DNA of 64,000 nt, taken from assembly GCA_951406725.2 (NCBI GenBank), contig OX597824.1:88598001-88662000 (forward strand), given 5' to 3'. The stretch's first letter is position 1; each line of letters begins with the position of its first letter. Of this stretch, positions 38,931-52,910 are shown piece after piece. A model generated the notes under the pieces. The model saw only the letters and a list, made by a program, of their open reading frames with translations. It was not told the origin of the DNA and ran no database searches. A program made the translations under genes and the position numbers. Source of the DNA: Octopus vulgaris. Lineage: Eukaryota.

Positions 38931-39268
38931 TACATTTCGTTTTTGGATTTGGTTTGCAAGATTCTTTATGGGAGTTCGTGTGTTGAAGCATATTCTGTTG
39001 TGTCTGGGGAGAGTCATTTTCTTTTTGTGCCTTATAATGTAACACACTCACCGGCAAAATTTCCACTTATTTCTTATTTTTATTTTCCTAAAATTTTCGT
39101 TGCGACTTGCAACCTTTTCACTAGTTCTGAGTCAAGACTATTGAAAAGGTTGCAAGACGCAACGAAAATTTTAGGAAAATAAAAATAAGAAATAAGTGGA
39201 AATTTTGCCGGTGAGTGTGTTACATTATAAGGCACAAAAAGAAAATGACTCTCCCCAGACACAACAGA
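38931..39268. mobile_element. Penelope-like inverted insertion forming a ~130-bp-arm hairpin
   Basis: Arms 38994-~39124 and ~39137-39268 are almost perfectly complementary; 12-bp TSD TTATCAGCTCTT at 38919 and 39269. The Penelope assignment is inferred. Confidence 0.7.
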
Positions 39269-39411
39269 TTATCAGCTCTTCTTTTATTTAAATCATCATC
39301 ATCAACTATTACAGTGCATTTTGATAATTCTGTCTCCTTGAAATACCTTTTACCTGTTCTAGTCATTGGACTGTGGCTGTGCTGGGGAACTACTGTGAAT
39401 AGTTTATAGTC

Positions 39412-39598
39412 CAGTGATCTGCAACAGGTATGCTGTGGCACATTGGTGTGCCATGAGACAATGCTAGATGTGCCGCAGTATAACCTGAATATAATTTTTT
39501 TCCCTATATGTTTAGTTATATTTTTAGTTGAGGTGTGCCACCGAATTTTGAAAAGAATGTAAGTGTGCCGCAAGTGTAAAAATGGTTGTGGGGCACTG
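39412..39598. mobile_element. hAT-like MITE (inverted related copy at ~41292-41476)
   Basis: CAGTG...CACTG termini; gtgtgcc repeats shared with the opposite-orientation copy. Confidence 0.6.
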
Positions 39599-40845
39599 GT
39601 TGAGGCAAACAAATCAATTACAGTGCTTTTTTCTTTTTTTAAAGCTGACATGTATTTTGTTGGTGTCTTTTGCCAAACTGCTAAGTTATGGGGATATAAA
39701 CAAACAAACAAACACCAGTTATCAAGTGATGGTGGAAGACAAACACACACACGCACACACATACACATATGCACACACACACACTCACACCAAATTCACT
39801 CACAAGACATTGGTCGACCCAGATCTACAGAAGACACCTGTCCAAAGTGCCACACGTTGGGACTGAAGCCAAAACCACATGGTTGCGAAACGAGTTTCTT
39901 AATCACTCAGCCATGCCTCTGCGGTTAATTAAAGATATGCTACATAACAACTAAAAAGCAAAATCATGATGGTGGTGGTGGTGGTGGTGGTAGCGGTGGC
40001 GGTGGGGGGATGGTGCTGATGGCGGCGGCAGATGTACTGCTGGTGCTGATGGTGGTGGAGACGACACAACAGCATGCATTTATTTACAAAAGAGAAATTT
40101 CTGTCTGCTTGTCCTGGGTTATTTCAGCAATGTGGGGCAACTCGGCTGGCAAAGAAAGGAAGCATTAGAGTTCACAGTGTTTATTCACACACCTTTTCAA
40201 CAATAACGACATCTTAGAAATAAATTACATTCTTGACCCCCTCTCTTTCTCTCTCTCTCTCTCTGTTTAGTGCCCCCCACCACCACCATCGTATCAGATT
40301 ATGTTGAGATATATAACCTGAGTGAGGTCTAAGAAGAGACATGCCAAATTGTCATTTGAGTGTGGAGTAAGGTTTCTCTTCTTCTCTGGTTGCAGCCATT
40401 CATATTTATGAGGAGATTCAGAAATACTCCATTATGGCCGTGTGGTTAAGACGCTTGTTTTTGCAACCATGCAGTTTGGGGTTCGGTCCCACTGCGCAGC
40501 ACTTTATGCAAGTGTCTTCTGCCGTAGCCCCAAGCCAACCAGTACCGTGTGGGTGAATTTGGGAGGCAGAAACTGTGTGGAAGCACATGTGTGTGTGTGC
40601 ACGTGTATGCTGTATGTGTGTTTGTTTCTCACCATCACCACTACTTAACAACTGGGGTTGGTTTGTTTACATCCCCATCAGCGGTTCAACAAAAGATACC
40701 TAAAGAATATGTACCAAACTTAAAGATAAGTACTGGGGTTGATTTGTTTGACTAAACTCTTCAAAGCAGTGCCCCAGCATGGCCACAGTCCAATGACTAA
40801 AATACATAAAATGTAAAAATTCTGTATTTAACCAGAAACAGAATT

Positions 40846-40986
40846 CATTGTTTTACCTGGACATATTGTCTTACCTGAACATATTGTCTTACCTGAACAT
40901 ATTGTTTTACCTAAACATTGTTTTACCTGGACATTGTTTTACCTTGACATTGTTTTACCTGAACAGTATTTTACTTGAACATATTG
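40846..40986. repeat. Minisatellite, 17-19-bp unit (attgttttacctgaacat), ~8 copies
   Basis: Direct inspection. Confidence 0.8.
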
Positions 40987-41576
40987 TGTGACAAGATGAC
41001 ATATTTAATTATATTTTTCTATAGTTAACCTTTAAAAGACGAAATCTAAAACCGAAGCCCCAAGTCACTCTTGGCTGTGATCATATTCCAACCTTAACCA
41101 ACCTGGTTTATCGTGCATCTAAGATTACACTACCCTACGTACACCTGCTTTTTTGAAGACAGTAGGTCGTAATTTGAGGAAACCTAACTGCTATATGTTG
41201 CAGATCTGGCAACCATGCAGAGACAGACATCCTTGTTGGGTTGTGCTGACTTAGAAGTAGTAGTTTTGGAGGACGGAACTTGAACTTAGATTAGTGTTCT
41301 GCAACCTTTTCTCACCTGTGATACACTTATATTCTTTTCAAAATCTCAAGGTGCACCTGAACTAAAAATATATTTAAAAGCACAGGGAAAAAATTATATT
41401 CTGGTTACACTGTGGCACACCTAGCATTGTCTCGTGGCACACCAGTGTGCCGTGACATACTGGTTGTGGAGTACTGACTCAGATCAACAAAATTTAATTG
41501 TTTTCTATTTATGTACTGGATTCAAAAATTCAGATTCTACTGTTTTTCTTATATTCTGTATTCATTCTATACAAAA

Positions 41577-41632
<56 letters not shown>

Positions 41633-43512
41633 CATCCAATCTGTCTGTCTGTCTGCCTGCCTGCCTGCCTGTCTGTCTGTCTGCCTTTCCATCTATCTTT
41701 GCCCAAGGTTCCTGTGGTCTTTTCCGCAGGCTTTTCTATCCACGGACAAACCTAATCTGTTCTCCTCTTTTACATTGACATTACTGTGATGCACGATCCC
41801 TATTGATCGGCCCCACAATCCCTTTTGATCGGAATTCCCCCCTCCCCTTTTTTTCTTTTTTCTTTCTTCTTTTCACGATCCCTTTTGATCGAAATTCGCC
41901 CCCCCCCTTCTCTTCTTCCCCAAAGGAAAATCTCTACTTTGTATTTTGTCCCTTCTGTGTTTAGCCCTTCATCGTTGTAACTGACAAAGCGCCAATCGAT
42001 GTGATCAGCTAAAGTTGTTTTCTTTTAAATTATGTTACCCACCACCACCACCACCACCTTGTAACTGTAACTAAAATATCTTTACATTTCAGTCACCCTA
42101 TTTTAAATTCTGGTGTCCTTTCAGTGAATAGGAAATTTTCACATTAACTACTGCTCTACTTTTACTATGGGTTTTGTTGGGTGACATTGTATGAATAGAT
42201 TCAGTGATGTGTGAAATACTTTGTTACCAGTGTTACAAATTAAATGAAACAAGTGAACTGCAAGAAGTGATGAACATTTATGTTCTGAGTTCAAATTTCA
42301 TTGGGGTAATTTAAAATTTTTTTTTTATTTTTAAGTAACAGTTTCTGAAAATTAAATCAGTATATTGGGCTAAAATGTTAAACTTCAGCTTTCAAAGAAC
42401 AAGTGTAAACATTTCAGGGGTGGCTGTGTGGTAAGTAAGTAGCTTGCTTACCAACCGCATGGTTCTGGGTTCAGCCCCACTGTGTGGCACTTTGGGCAAG
42501 AGTCTTCAACTATAGCCTCGGGCCGACCAAAGCCTTGTGAGTGGATTTGGTAGACGGAAATTGAAAGAAGCCCGTTGTACATGTGTGTGTGTGTATGTTT
42601 GTGTGTATGTTTGTGTGTGTATGTTTGTGTGTTTGTTCCCCCAACATCTCTTGACAACCGATGGTGGTGTGTTTACATCCCCGTAACTTAGCGGTTCGAC
42701 AAAAGAGACCGATAGAATAAGTACTAGGTTTACAAAGAATAAGTCCTGGGGTCAATCTGCTCGACTAAAGGCGATGCTCCAGTATGGCCACAGTCAAATG
42801 ACTGAAACAAGTAAAGGAAGAGTTATTGCAGATGGTATCTACCACCCTTCAACAAAAGTATTTCTATAATGCACCAGGGACTGGAAAAAACAGTAATAAT
42901 TTCATAGCATCCACTGGCCCTTTAAAGATTTGGTCTATCTTATTGCTGCCCAGATCCTTGTTGAATGACAATGCGATCAATGGTGAACTACTCCTGCTCA
43001 CATGCTTGAGTGTTATCAGTGAATCATTGAGCCAGCAATGGAACATTTTTTTTTTTGCTCGTTCTGGGTTATTTCAGAATATATAGTCATTCGAGACAGT
43101 GCCAATTTGACCATCCTGGGTTTAATCAGTTTAATATGATTGATCTTTGGCTCAATTTTTGTTGCAATGATTAAACCATCTAAATCAAAACTTGTCCATG
43201 TTCAGATAGTGATTCAAATAAAGACCATTCCATTGACAAGTGACACAGAAAAGTTAATCTTTCAAGAGATACCAGGTTAGTCATAGAGATAAGGAACACA
43301 CATTTTAGGAGAACTACTTTGTGTGGTTCCCCTAACTGTTATTTTTTTGGTAGCAACATGTTGTACCATTTTTCTGGTAGCAACTCTCCATAGAGTTATG
43401 TTTAGATGTTTTACCTGGCTGTTTCCAGTTAGATAATATGGAGTTATTTTAGTGGAATCCTCATTCTCACTACTTTGAAGTTGATGCATTAAATGCATAG
43501 AATATGTTTTAA

Positions 43513-43984
43513 CCCTTTGGTGTTTAAGCCAGCCATATCCGGCCCAAATATCCTACATGTTTTACATTCAAACTGGCCGTATCCGGCCCAAATATCCTAC
43601 ATGTTTTACATTCAAACTGGCCGTATCCGGCCCAAATATCCTACATGTTTTACATTGAAACTGGCCGTATCCGGCCCAAATATCCTACATGTTTTACATT
43701 CAAACTGGCCGTATCCGGCCCAAATATCCTACATGTTTTACATTCAAACTGGCCATATCCGGCCCAAATATCCTACATGTTTTACATTCAAACTGGCCGT
43801 ATCCGGCCCAAATATCCTACATGTTTTCCATTCAAACTGGCCATATCCAGCCCCTCATACCTAACCTACATTGACATTCTAAGAATAAACTATCACACCA
43901 TTGAAACTTCAAAGCTGTAAGATAATGCGTGATTAATTCAAAACAAAGTATTACATTTAACAGATTAATCTGAACACTAAAGGG
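43513..43984. mobile_element. piggyBac-type MITE with internal 44-bp tandem repeat (~7 copies)
   Basis: TTAA|CCCTTTGGTGTTTA ... TGAACACTAAAGGG|TTAA; unit ctggccgtatccggcccaaatatcctacatgttttacattcaaa at ~43530-43850. Confidence 0.85.
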
Positions 43985-45805
43985 TTAAAAAGAGCAAATT
44001 ACTTTAGCAGCTGTCATATCAGTATGTGCCAAATAAAGGGGACTTTTGTTTTACCTGAATATATTATTCTAATGAAAAATGATAGCTGATAATCAGGTCA
44101 TTTTGTTTGGTTGAAACATTCAACATCAGTTATTCAAAGCACAGATGTAAGCAGGTCTGTAACATTTTATATGTAGGCTTCTTGAAGTAGAGTTTATTCA
44201 ATATCACCCATGGTATTCAACTAAAGTAAAATGTGAATGTTGAGAGGAATCGGTTTTAACTAAATTCTCATCCTGCAGACCGAACTGTGATCAAAGCTGT
44301 TCAAGCTGTGACGATCTTGGCTTTTTTAGAGATATTTACAAATATATTTTGTCCTTTCTCAACCCAACTTTTTTTTATGACTGGCATCCGTGCTAGCGGA
44401 GTGCAAAGAGCACCGTACGAGTGTGATCGTTGACAGAGCGGCTAACTGGCTTCCGTGCCTGTGGCACATAAAAGGCACCATTCGAGTGTGATCGTTACCA
44501 GTGTCACCTTACTGGCACTTGTGCCCCATGCTAGTAGGGTGCTAAGAGCACCATCCGAGCGTGATCGTTGCCAGAGTGGCTAACTGGCTTCCATGCCAGT
44601 GGTACCATTCGAGCGTGATTGTTACTAGCGTTGCATTAATGGCACCTGTGCCGGTGGCATGTGTAAAAAGTTTCGAGCGAGGTCATTGCCAGTACCGCCT
44701 GACTGTCCCCCGTGCCGGTGGCACGTAAAAAGCAACCACTACACTCTCGGAGTGGTTGGCATTAGGAAGGGCATCCAGTGGTAGAAACTCTGCCAGATCA
44801 AGACTGGAGCCTAGTGCAACCATCTGGTTCGCCAGCCCTCAGTCAAAATCGTCCAACCCATGCTAGCATGGAAAGCAGACGTTAAACGATGATGATGGTA
44901 TATCATTTGAAGGAGACCACATAGAGGCTCCCCATGTGATTAGTCTAGAACAGTCCTGGCCAACTCGAATTACATTGCAGGCCACTTTAATCCCAGAAAG
45001 ATTTTGAGGGATGCTTGTATACTTTATGCATTAATAGTCAAATAATCAAATTACAGAATCAAGAATTTTCCATACTTTGCATTTGTTTAAAATTATGAAA
45101 TTGTAGGCGATTGCTTTATTGCCGCTTCTAAATTTTAAATTTATTTTGCAACAAATATTTTACACTAACAAGTTGGTACATAATGTATGCAGTGCAGAAC
45201 AGAAAAACAAATATGTGACATAACTTCTGCCGGAAGACAGGAACAAACGTAAGTGTCAAAGGATACCAAAAGCTGCCTGTGAAATAAGCTTCTCTTTGAC
45301 TGAAGATCTGAACTTGACTGCACATCTAAGCTCATTGAAGAAATAGCGGGAAAGGTTTCCTGGCATAGCTGAGGGTAGGCTTCTCAGCAGATAGACCTAA
45401 ATTTCCTGCACTTGGCTGGTCTGTCATGTGATGTGATGAGAGCCAGAAGTGGTAGGTCAATATGTGACCAGATCATGTGACCACTTGCAGAAAAACAAGC
45501 ATGCAAGCCAATATGAGCCTATTTAAGCTTAAGCAAACTGTGAACATATATATTGGCTACAAAGCTTTCACAGTTATATACTCTTTACTCTTTTACTCTT
45601 TTACTTGTTTCAGTCATTTGACTGCGGCCATGCTGGAGCACCGCCTTTAATCGAGCAACTCGACCCCGGGACTTATTCTTTTGTAAGCCCAGTACTTATT
45701 CTATCGGTCTCTTTTGCCGAACCGCTAAGTGACGGGGACGTAAACACACTAGCATCGGTTGTCAAGCAATGCTAGGGGGACAAACACAGACACACAAACA
45801 CATAT

Positions 45806-45866
<61 letters not shown>

Positions 45867-46821
45867 CGACAGGCTTCTTTCAGTTTCCGTCTACCAAATC
45901 CACTCACAAGGCATTGGTCGGCCCGGGGCTATAGCAGAAGACACTTGCCCAAGATGCCACGCAGTGGGACTGAACCCGGAACCATGTGGTTGGTTAGCAA
46001 GCTACTTACCACACAGCCACTCCTGCACCCTATATATATTTTTTCTTAATCATCTCTATTTTTCCCTGTAGAAAATACACTTGTCTGTGTCATTTGTTAG
46101 GATCAGGCACCTTAATAGTTTTTCTGTTTGCTGGTCCCATTGTTGACGGGTGTGAGTGTATAAACCTGTATTTAAAAAAAAATACACAGCCTTGCAGCAT
46201 GATCATGCAAACTGTGACCGTGACCGACCAGGCTATCAGATGTTGCTACACATCGCTGGTCACAATGCGCTTCACATTGTTTTAGCCTTCAAATGACGCC
46301 ACCCCGCTGGTTAAGCGAGCAGGCCAACAGAAGAAAGAGTGAGAGAAAGTTGCGGCGAAAGAGTACAGCAAGGATCGCCACCCACTCCCTGCCGAAGCCT
46401 CGTGGAGCTTTTAGGTGTTTTCGCTCAATAAACACTCACAACACCTGGTCTGGGAATCGAAACCGTGATCCCACGACTGCAAGTCCGCTGTCCTAACCAC
46501 TGGCCCATTGCGTTTCCACACACACACATATATATACATTGGAACTGAAACCAGCTTTATCCTGCATTGCAATTATATCCTTTACTGCTTCACAGCTGTA
46601 ATCCATGAATTTGGTGTCAATGAGTTTACATATTGCAAGGAGGTGATTCATTTATCACTGTGCTTCTTATTTTTAACCAATCCCCTTGAAAACAAGGACA
46701 GATGCACCAGAAATAATTTATTCGTAGTACAGGATTGGTAACGCAAATACCAATTTACTGAGTTATTAAATCTTGTCAGAATTGCAATTATTGTGTCAGT
46801 ATCCATTTTTTTGATTTTGGA

Positions 46822-47432
46822 AGGCGGCAAGCTGGCAGAAACGTTAGCACGCCGGGTGAAATGTGTAACCATATTTCATCTGCCGTTACGTTCTGAGTTC
46901 AAATTCCACTGAGATCAACTTTGCCTTTCATCCTTTCGGGGTTGATAAATTAAGTACCAGTTACACACTGGGATCGATATAATCGACTTAATCCGTTTGT
47001 CCTTGTTTGTCCTCTCTGTTTTTAGCCCCTTGTGAGTAGTAAAGAAAGAGGTATTTCGTCTGTCATTACGTTCTGAGTTCAAATTCCGCTGAGGTCGACT
47101 TTGCCTTTCATCCTTTCGGGGTTGATAAATTAAGTACCAGTTATGCACTGGGGTTGATATAATCGACTTAATCCCTTTGTCTGTTCTTGTTTGTCCCCTC
47201 TGTGTGTAGCCCCTTGTGGGCAATAAAGAAATTAGAAACGTTAGCACGCCAGGCGAAATGCTTTGCAGTATTTCGTCAGTCTTTACGTTCTGAGTTCAAA
47301 TTCCGCCGAGGTCGACTTTGCCTTTCATCCTTTTGGGGTCGATAAATTAAGTACCAGTTGTGTACTTGAGTCGATCTAATCGACTGGCCCTCTCCCCCAA
47401 AATTTCGGGCCTTGTGCCTAGTGTAGAAAAGT
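46822..47432 (+). mobile_element. SINE family A dimer plus adjacent monomer with alternative tail
   Basis: Head ggcggcaagctggcagaaacgttagcacgcc, two units, then a second head and a monomer ending gccttgtgcctagtgtagaaaag. Other family A copies: ~2377-2603(-), 3160-3321, 14190-14620, 16030-16383, 17965-18200(-), 50652-51157, 57422-57826, 63282-63682. Confidence 0.85.
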
Positions 47433-47745
47433 ATCCATTTTTCTTGGGACTTTTTTCTTTCACCCCAGCAGTGCCTCTGTTCTTTCGTTGTCAGATTTAA
47501 TTAAAATTATTTGTGCATCTTATCTTTTATCTTTTTACTTGCTTCAGTCATTGCACTGTGGCCATGCTGGGGCATCATCTTCAAGGGTTTTAATGAAACA
47601 AATAAACCAAAGTTTTTTGGTTTTTTTTGAAATCTAGTACTTATTCTGTCAGACATTTTTTGCTTATCCGCTAAGTTACGAGAAGTCGTCAAGCGATGGC
47701 GATGGTCGGGGGGACAAACACAGACACAAAAACATAAATATATAA

Positions 47746-47784
<39 letters not shown>

Positions 47785-48312
47785 AGGCTTCCACTTAGTT
47801 TCCATCGACCACATTCACTCCCAAAGCATTAGTCGACCTGGAGCCATAGTAGAAGACACATGCCCAAGGTGCTGTGCAGTAGTACTGAACTTAAAACCAC
47901 GTTGTTACGAAGCTAGCTTCTTAACCACACAACAGAATTGTACTTGTATACATAAAAAAAAAATAATAAATGCGCCCTTTTAAAGCCTAGCCAGGCTCAT
48001 GGGCCCAGTTTCCTGGTTTCTATGGCATATGTGTTCCCCCGCTGAAAGGGACACCAGTCCATCGCAGCGTTACTCATTTTTGCCAGCTGAGTGGACTGGA
48101 GCAACGTGAAATGAAGTGTTTTGCTCAAGAACGCAATGTGTCGACTGGTCCAGGAATCGAAACCACAATCTTATGATCTTGATGCTGACACCCTAACCAC
48201 TAAGCCATGTGCTTCCACACCTGTATACATAGAATATGCATAAACGGAAAACAAGAAAATTTTAGTCAATAGTTTATACATACAGGGTATATATTTTAAA
48301 TCCTGTATTTTT

Positions 48313-48737
48313 GGATCTTTTCGGTTTGAACGGCAGTTTTTTCTAGTGGTGTCATATAAAATTGTCACCCATAATTATGACCCTAGTATCGATCTATTGC
48401 ATTTCAATCTGTTTTAGGGTTAGGGTTTGTTAGGGTTAAGGGTTGGGTATCTTTTTTTCTTCACAAATGTAAATAAACCCAATCTGTTTCTTAAACGAGG
48501 GACATATTCATACGACACAGAATGTTTTTTTTTTTTTACCTCAATAGACGTCATTGATTGGTTGAAATTGCAGAAATTGAAGAAAAAAACAACAACAAAT
48601 ATCTTACAAGCTATTTCACAATAAAGCTAAGAGAAAAAGATGTTTTATAAACACATTCTACCAGTAAACGAAGTTTAAAAGTGTTTAGTTGCGTGGAAAT
48701 TATTAAAAAAAAACTGCCGTTCAAACCGAAAAGATCC
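48313..48737. mobile_element. GGATC-terminated MITE (Merlin-like)
   Basis: TIR GGATCTTTTCGGTTTGAACGGCAGTTTTT; 8-bp TSD GTATTTTT; internal TTAGGG-like tract. Other copies: 49252-49667, 23932-24066 (internally deleted, TSD CAAAATGT), composite 4990-5316. Confidence 0.87.
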
Positions 48738-51186
48738 GTATTTTTTTATATGTATCTTTTTTTTTTTTTAAATACTCAAGTATTTAGTTGTTTACAAAAT
48801 CCCTCACATTACTCTTGTGGGCGAACCACTTTCATGTCAACAGATACGTAAATATCATTAATTCTCGTGGTACTACACAATATTCCTTGTTTAAAAACTA
48901 ATATCTAGATAATTTAGTCAGTCAAAATGTTTTCCTTTCGGTAGAAGTACTTATCTCTGTGCCAAAAGCTGGGACACTTGTGACTGAAAGTTTTAGTCAC
49001 AAGCTATGTTAATTAACACATGACAACTTGCTGTTGTATCATATGTTTTTTTCTTTTCTATGTTGTTGTTGTTGTTGTTGCCGTCCCCGTTATATAACCT
49101 TTTAACAACACTCCTGCTTTTTTTCTTTTTTTTCTTTTTTTCTCGTGTCTCTTACAATCAGGCTTGGCTTATAGCTGCATGTCTAATGCTTAGATGAGAA
49201 ACTCCATGGAACGAACTATTGCTGTAGTAACATCACATACATATTTATTTTGGATCTTTTCGGTTTGAACGGCAGTTTTTTTCTAGCGGTGTCATATGAA
49301 ATTGTCACCCATAATTATGACCCTAGTATCGATCTATTGCATTTCAATCTGCGTTAGGGTTAGTTAGGGTTAGGGGAAGGTATCTTTTTTTCTTCACAAA
49401 TGTAAATAAACGCAATCTGTTTCCTAAACGAGGGACGTATTCATACGGCACAGAATGTTTTTTGACCACAATAGACGTCATTGATTGGTTGAAATTGCAG
49501 AAATTGAAGAAAGAAAACTACAAATATCTTACAAGCTATAGAAATTTCTCAATAAAGCCAAGAGAAAAAGATGTTTTATAAACACATTCTACCAGTATAC
49601 GAAGTTTAAAAGTGTTTAGTTACGTGGAAATTATTTTAAAAAACTGCCGGTCAAACCAAAAAGATCCGGGAGTTTCTTAACCAGGCATGGTTAAGAAACT
49701 TGCTTTGCACCTATATGGTTTCAGGTTCAGTCCTACTGTACGGCATGTGGAACCTTAGGCAGTGTCTCCTACTATAGGCTCTAACCAACCAATGCCGGCG
49801 GAGGTAAAGAATACACACACCACCTGTTTTTGGATAATCCTACCCCTAAACCTCAGGTGTGCGTATTCTTTACCTTCGCTTCAATACCTTGTGAGCAAAT
49901 CTGGTTGCTGTAAATTCTATTAAACTTGAATGTGTATGTGTATTTGTAAACATGTGTATGTGTGTGTGTGTGTGTGGAGGCGTGTGGATTAATGGTTAGG
50001 GTATCGGGCTCGCGATTGTAAGGTTGTGAGTTCAAAAACCAGCGTGCTGACGTTTCTGCCAGCTCACCATCTTGAATCACCACTAGAAAATAAGCTACCA
50101 AGTCAACACTTTGGCGACAAAACTAGAATGTACTTGATAACTTTGGAATTATACATGCAGTATTATGTCTTCAACTGTAGCCCTGAGCCGATCAAAGCCT
50201 TGCAAAATGATAATGACGATGATGATGATTCTGGTATTCTTAATATATATTGTTCTTAGCTAGTAATTCTGTTTCTCATTTTGAAATTTTCTAGCATATT
50301 CTTGGTGTAAATATTTGTCAGGAATGAAACTTCCTTCCTCAGGATATACACCCATTCTACAAATTGCTTCAGGAAGCTTCCATGTGACATCAAGTAGCTA
50401 TCCACCAAATAATAACTTACTTGTATTATATCTCTTTCGATAATATACAAAACCTTTGGTGTAACTCTTGGCCATATGGCCATATCACGATAGAAATTCT
50501 TGATACGAGTAGGTGTGTTTGTGTAGGTGCAGTCATGGCTGTGTGGTTAAGATGGTTGCTTCCCATCCACATGGTTCTGGGTTCAATCCCACTGCACACT
50601 GCATAGCACCTTGTGAGTGGATTTGATAGACAGAAATTAAAAGAAGGCTAAAAGGTGGCGAGCAGGCAGAAACGTTAGCACACTGGACGAAATGCTTAGC
50701 GGTATTTCGTCTGCTGCTACGTTTGAGTTCAAATTCCACCAAGGTTAACTTTGCCTTTCATCCTTTCGGGGTTGATTAAATAAGTACCATTTACGCACTG
50801 GGGTCGATGTAATCGACTTAATCCATTTGTCTGTCCTTGTTTGTCCTCTGTTTTTAGCCCCTTGTGGGTAGTAAAGAAATAGGCATTTCGTCTTTCTTTA
50901 CGTTCTGAGTTCAAGTTCCACCGAGGTCGACTTTGCCTTTTATCCTTTCGGGGTTGATAAATTAATGCTTAGCGGTATTTCGTCTGCCGCTACGTTCTGA
51001 GTTCAAATTCCACCGAGGTCGACTTTGCTTTTCATCCTTTCGGGGTCAATTAAATAAGTACCATTTACTCACTGGGGTCAATATAATCGACTTAATCCCT
51101 TTGTCTGTCCTTGTTTGTTCCCTCTATGTTTAGCCCCTTGTGGGCAATAAAGAAATTATATATACATGTGTGTGGCGGGGTGCATA

Positions 51187-52442
51187 CACAGACGTGACAG
51201 AAGTAAATAGACACCCTTATAATCGTTGAAATTTATTTAAATCTGAAATTATACATTCAAATTATTTATTAATTGTTATACTGTGAATATTTAATATTTT
51301 GTAGACATGCCCTTTACATTTTTCAATGCAAGGACCCTATTAGGCATGTTACTGATCAGATGATGAATATTCTCTTGAGGAATTTTTTGCCAAGTTTCAT
51401 GCAGCAATCTCAAAAGATCTGGCTTTGAAGATGCTTTCTTGTTCTTTTTATGAAGTGCCCAGTCCATTATGTCCCAGAGGTGTTCAATAGGGTTCATATC
51501 TGGTGACTGGCTTGGCCATGGAAACTTTTTAAAGCCATTCTCATCCAAGAAACCCTGGGTCATTTTAGCCATGTGACAAGAATCCCCATCTTCCACAAAT
51601 AGAGAGTCTTCTTTAATCATTTCACCACTGGAGAAGTTTGGAAGGAGTCCTTTCTGCAATATGGACACATATTTATCGGAGTTTATGTTTCCCTCACACT
51701 CCACCAGCTCTGATCAACCATTGCTCCAAATTGCTCCCCAGACCATCACAGAATAGCTGCCATATTTCATGGTTGGCTGCAATCTTTTCACATCAAATTC
51801 TTGATCACAGAATTCCCAGACCCACACTTGACCACTGTCAGGAAATACAGCAAATCTGGACTCGTCAGAGAATATGACAGTGTCCCAAAATACTAGTGGC
51901 CTCTGAACCATCTCACTGGCTCAATCTTTTCTCCACTTGATGTTGGCTAGTTGAAGAAGTAGTTTTTCTCTTGCTGCTCTGCCGTATTAACCAAGTTTGT
52001 GGAGATACCTAACAGCTGTTCCGGGACTGACATCAACTTGTTCTGCTCTGTCAGAGGCCCTGCGATGAGGATTATCCTCCACACTTCTCCTAGCAAAGAG
52101 AAGGGTCCTGTCAGAGGGCCCTGGTTGATCTGGGCAAGGTGATGTGGACTCCTTCCTCTCTCTGGTGAATTGCACAATCACTCGATAAACTGCAGAAAGC
52201 GGGATCCCAAGGTTTTCTGCAATTTTGCACTGACTATATCTACTTTTATAATGACCCACAGTATGGCCTCTTTGAAATTCAGACAGTTCCAAGGCTTCTT
52301 TTGTAAATGGCATGATTAAACAGTCGCATATAGAACCTGAAACATAAAAATGTCAATTAATAAAACATATAAACCAATATGAGTTTGAATGAACATAAAA
52401 CGAGGTTTTATGGGGTCTCTGTTTACCTCTGTCATGTCACTG
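51187..52442 (-). mobile_element. Full-length decayed Tc1/mariner DNA transposon (DD34E)
   Basis: Imperfect ~30-bp TIRs (CACAGACGTGACAGAAGTAAATAGACACCC / rc CAGTGACATGACAGAGGTAAACAGAGACCC), each flanked by TA. Frameshifted transposase pieces: HTH (ELSEFQRG...IAENLGIPLSAV), IFSDES, SVMVWGAI, and ED...WPSQSPDMNPIE with 34 residues between D and E. Confidence 0.92.
51291..52313 (-). pseudogene. Tc1 transposase pseudogene (three ORF fragments)
   Basis: ORFs 51987-52313, 51714-51911 and 51291-51704 are consecutive transposase segments broken by frameshifts/stops. Confidence 0.88.
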
Positions 52443-52479
52443 TACATACGCATGCACACACACACCTACACAGCTGCAT

Positions 52480-52622
52480 ATATATATATATGTATGTATG
52501 TATATATATATATGTATGTATGTATATATATATATATGTATATACACACACACACATATGCATGCATATATATATTTGTGTGTATATATATATATATGTA
52601 TGTATGTATATATATATGTATG

Positions 52623-52654
<32 letters not shown>

Positions 52655-52800
52655 TGTATATATACTCACACACACACATATGCATGCATATATATATATG
52701 TGTGTATATATATGTATGTATATATATATGTATGTATATATATGTATATATATATATATATATGTATATATACTCACACACACACATATGCATGCATATA

Positions 52801-52854
<54 letters not shown>

Positions 52855-52910
52855 AATGTATATATACATACACATACACACACACATATGCATGCATGCA
52901 CACACTCACA
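52480..52910. repeat. Compound (TA)/(TATG)/(CA) microsatellite with higher-order repetition
   Basis: cacacacatatgcatgcatatata recurs about every 110-130 bp. Confidence 0.9.
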
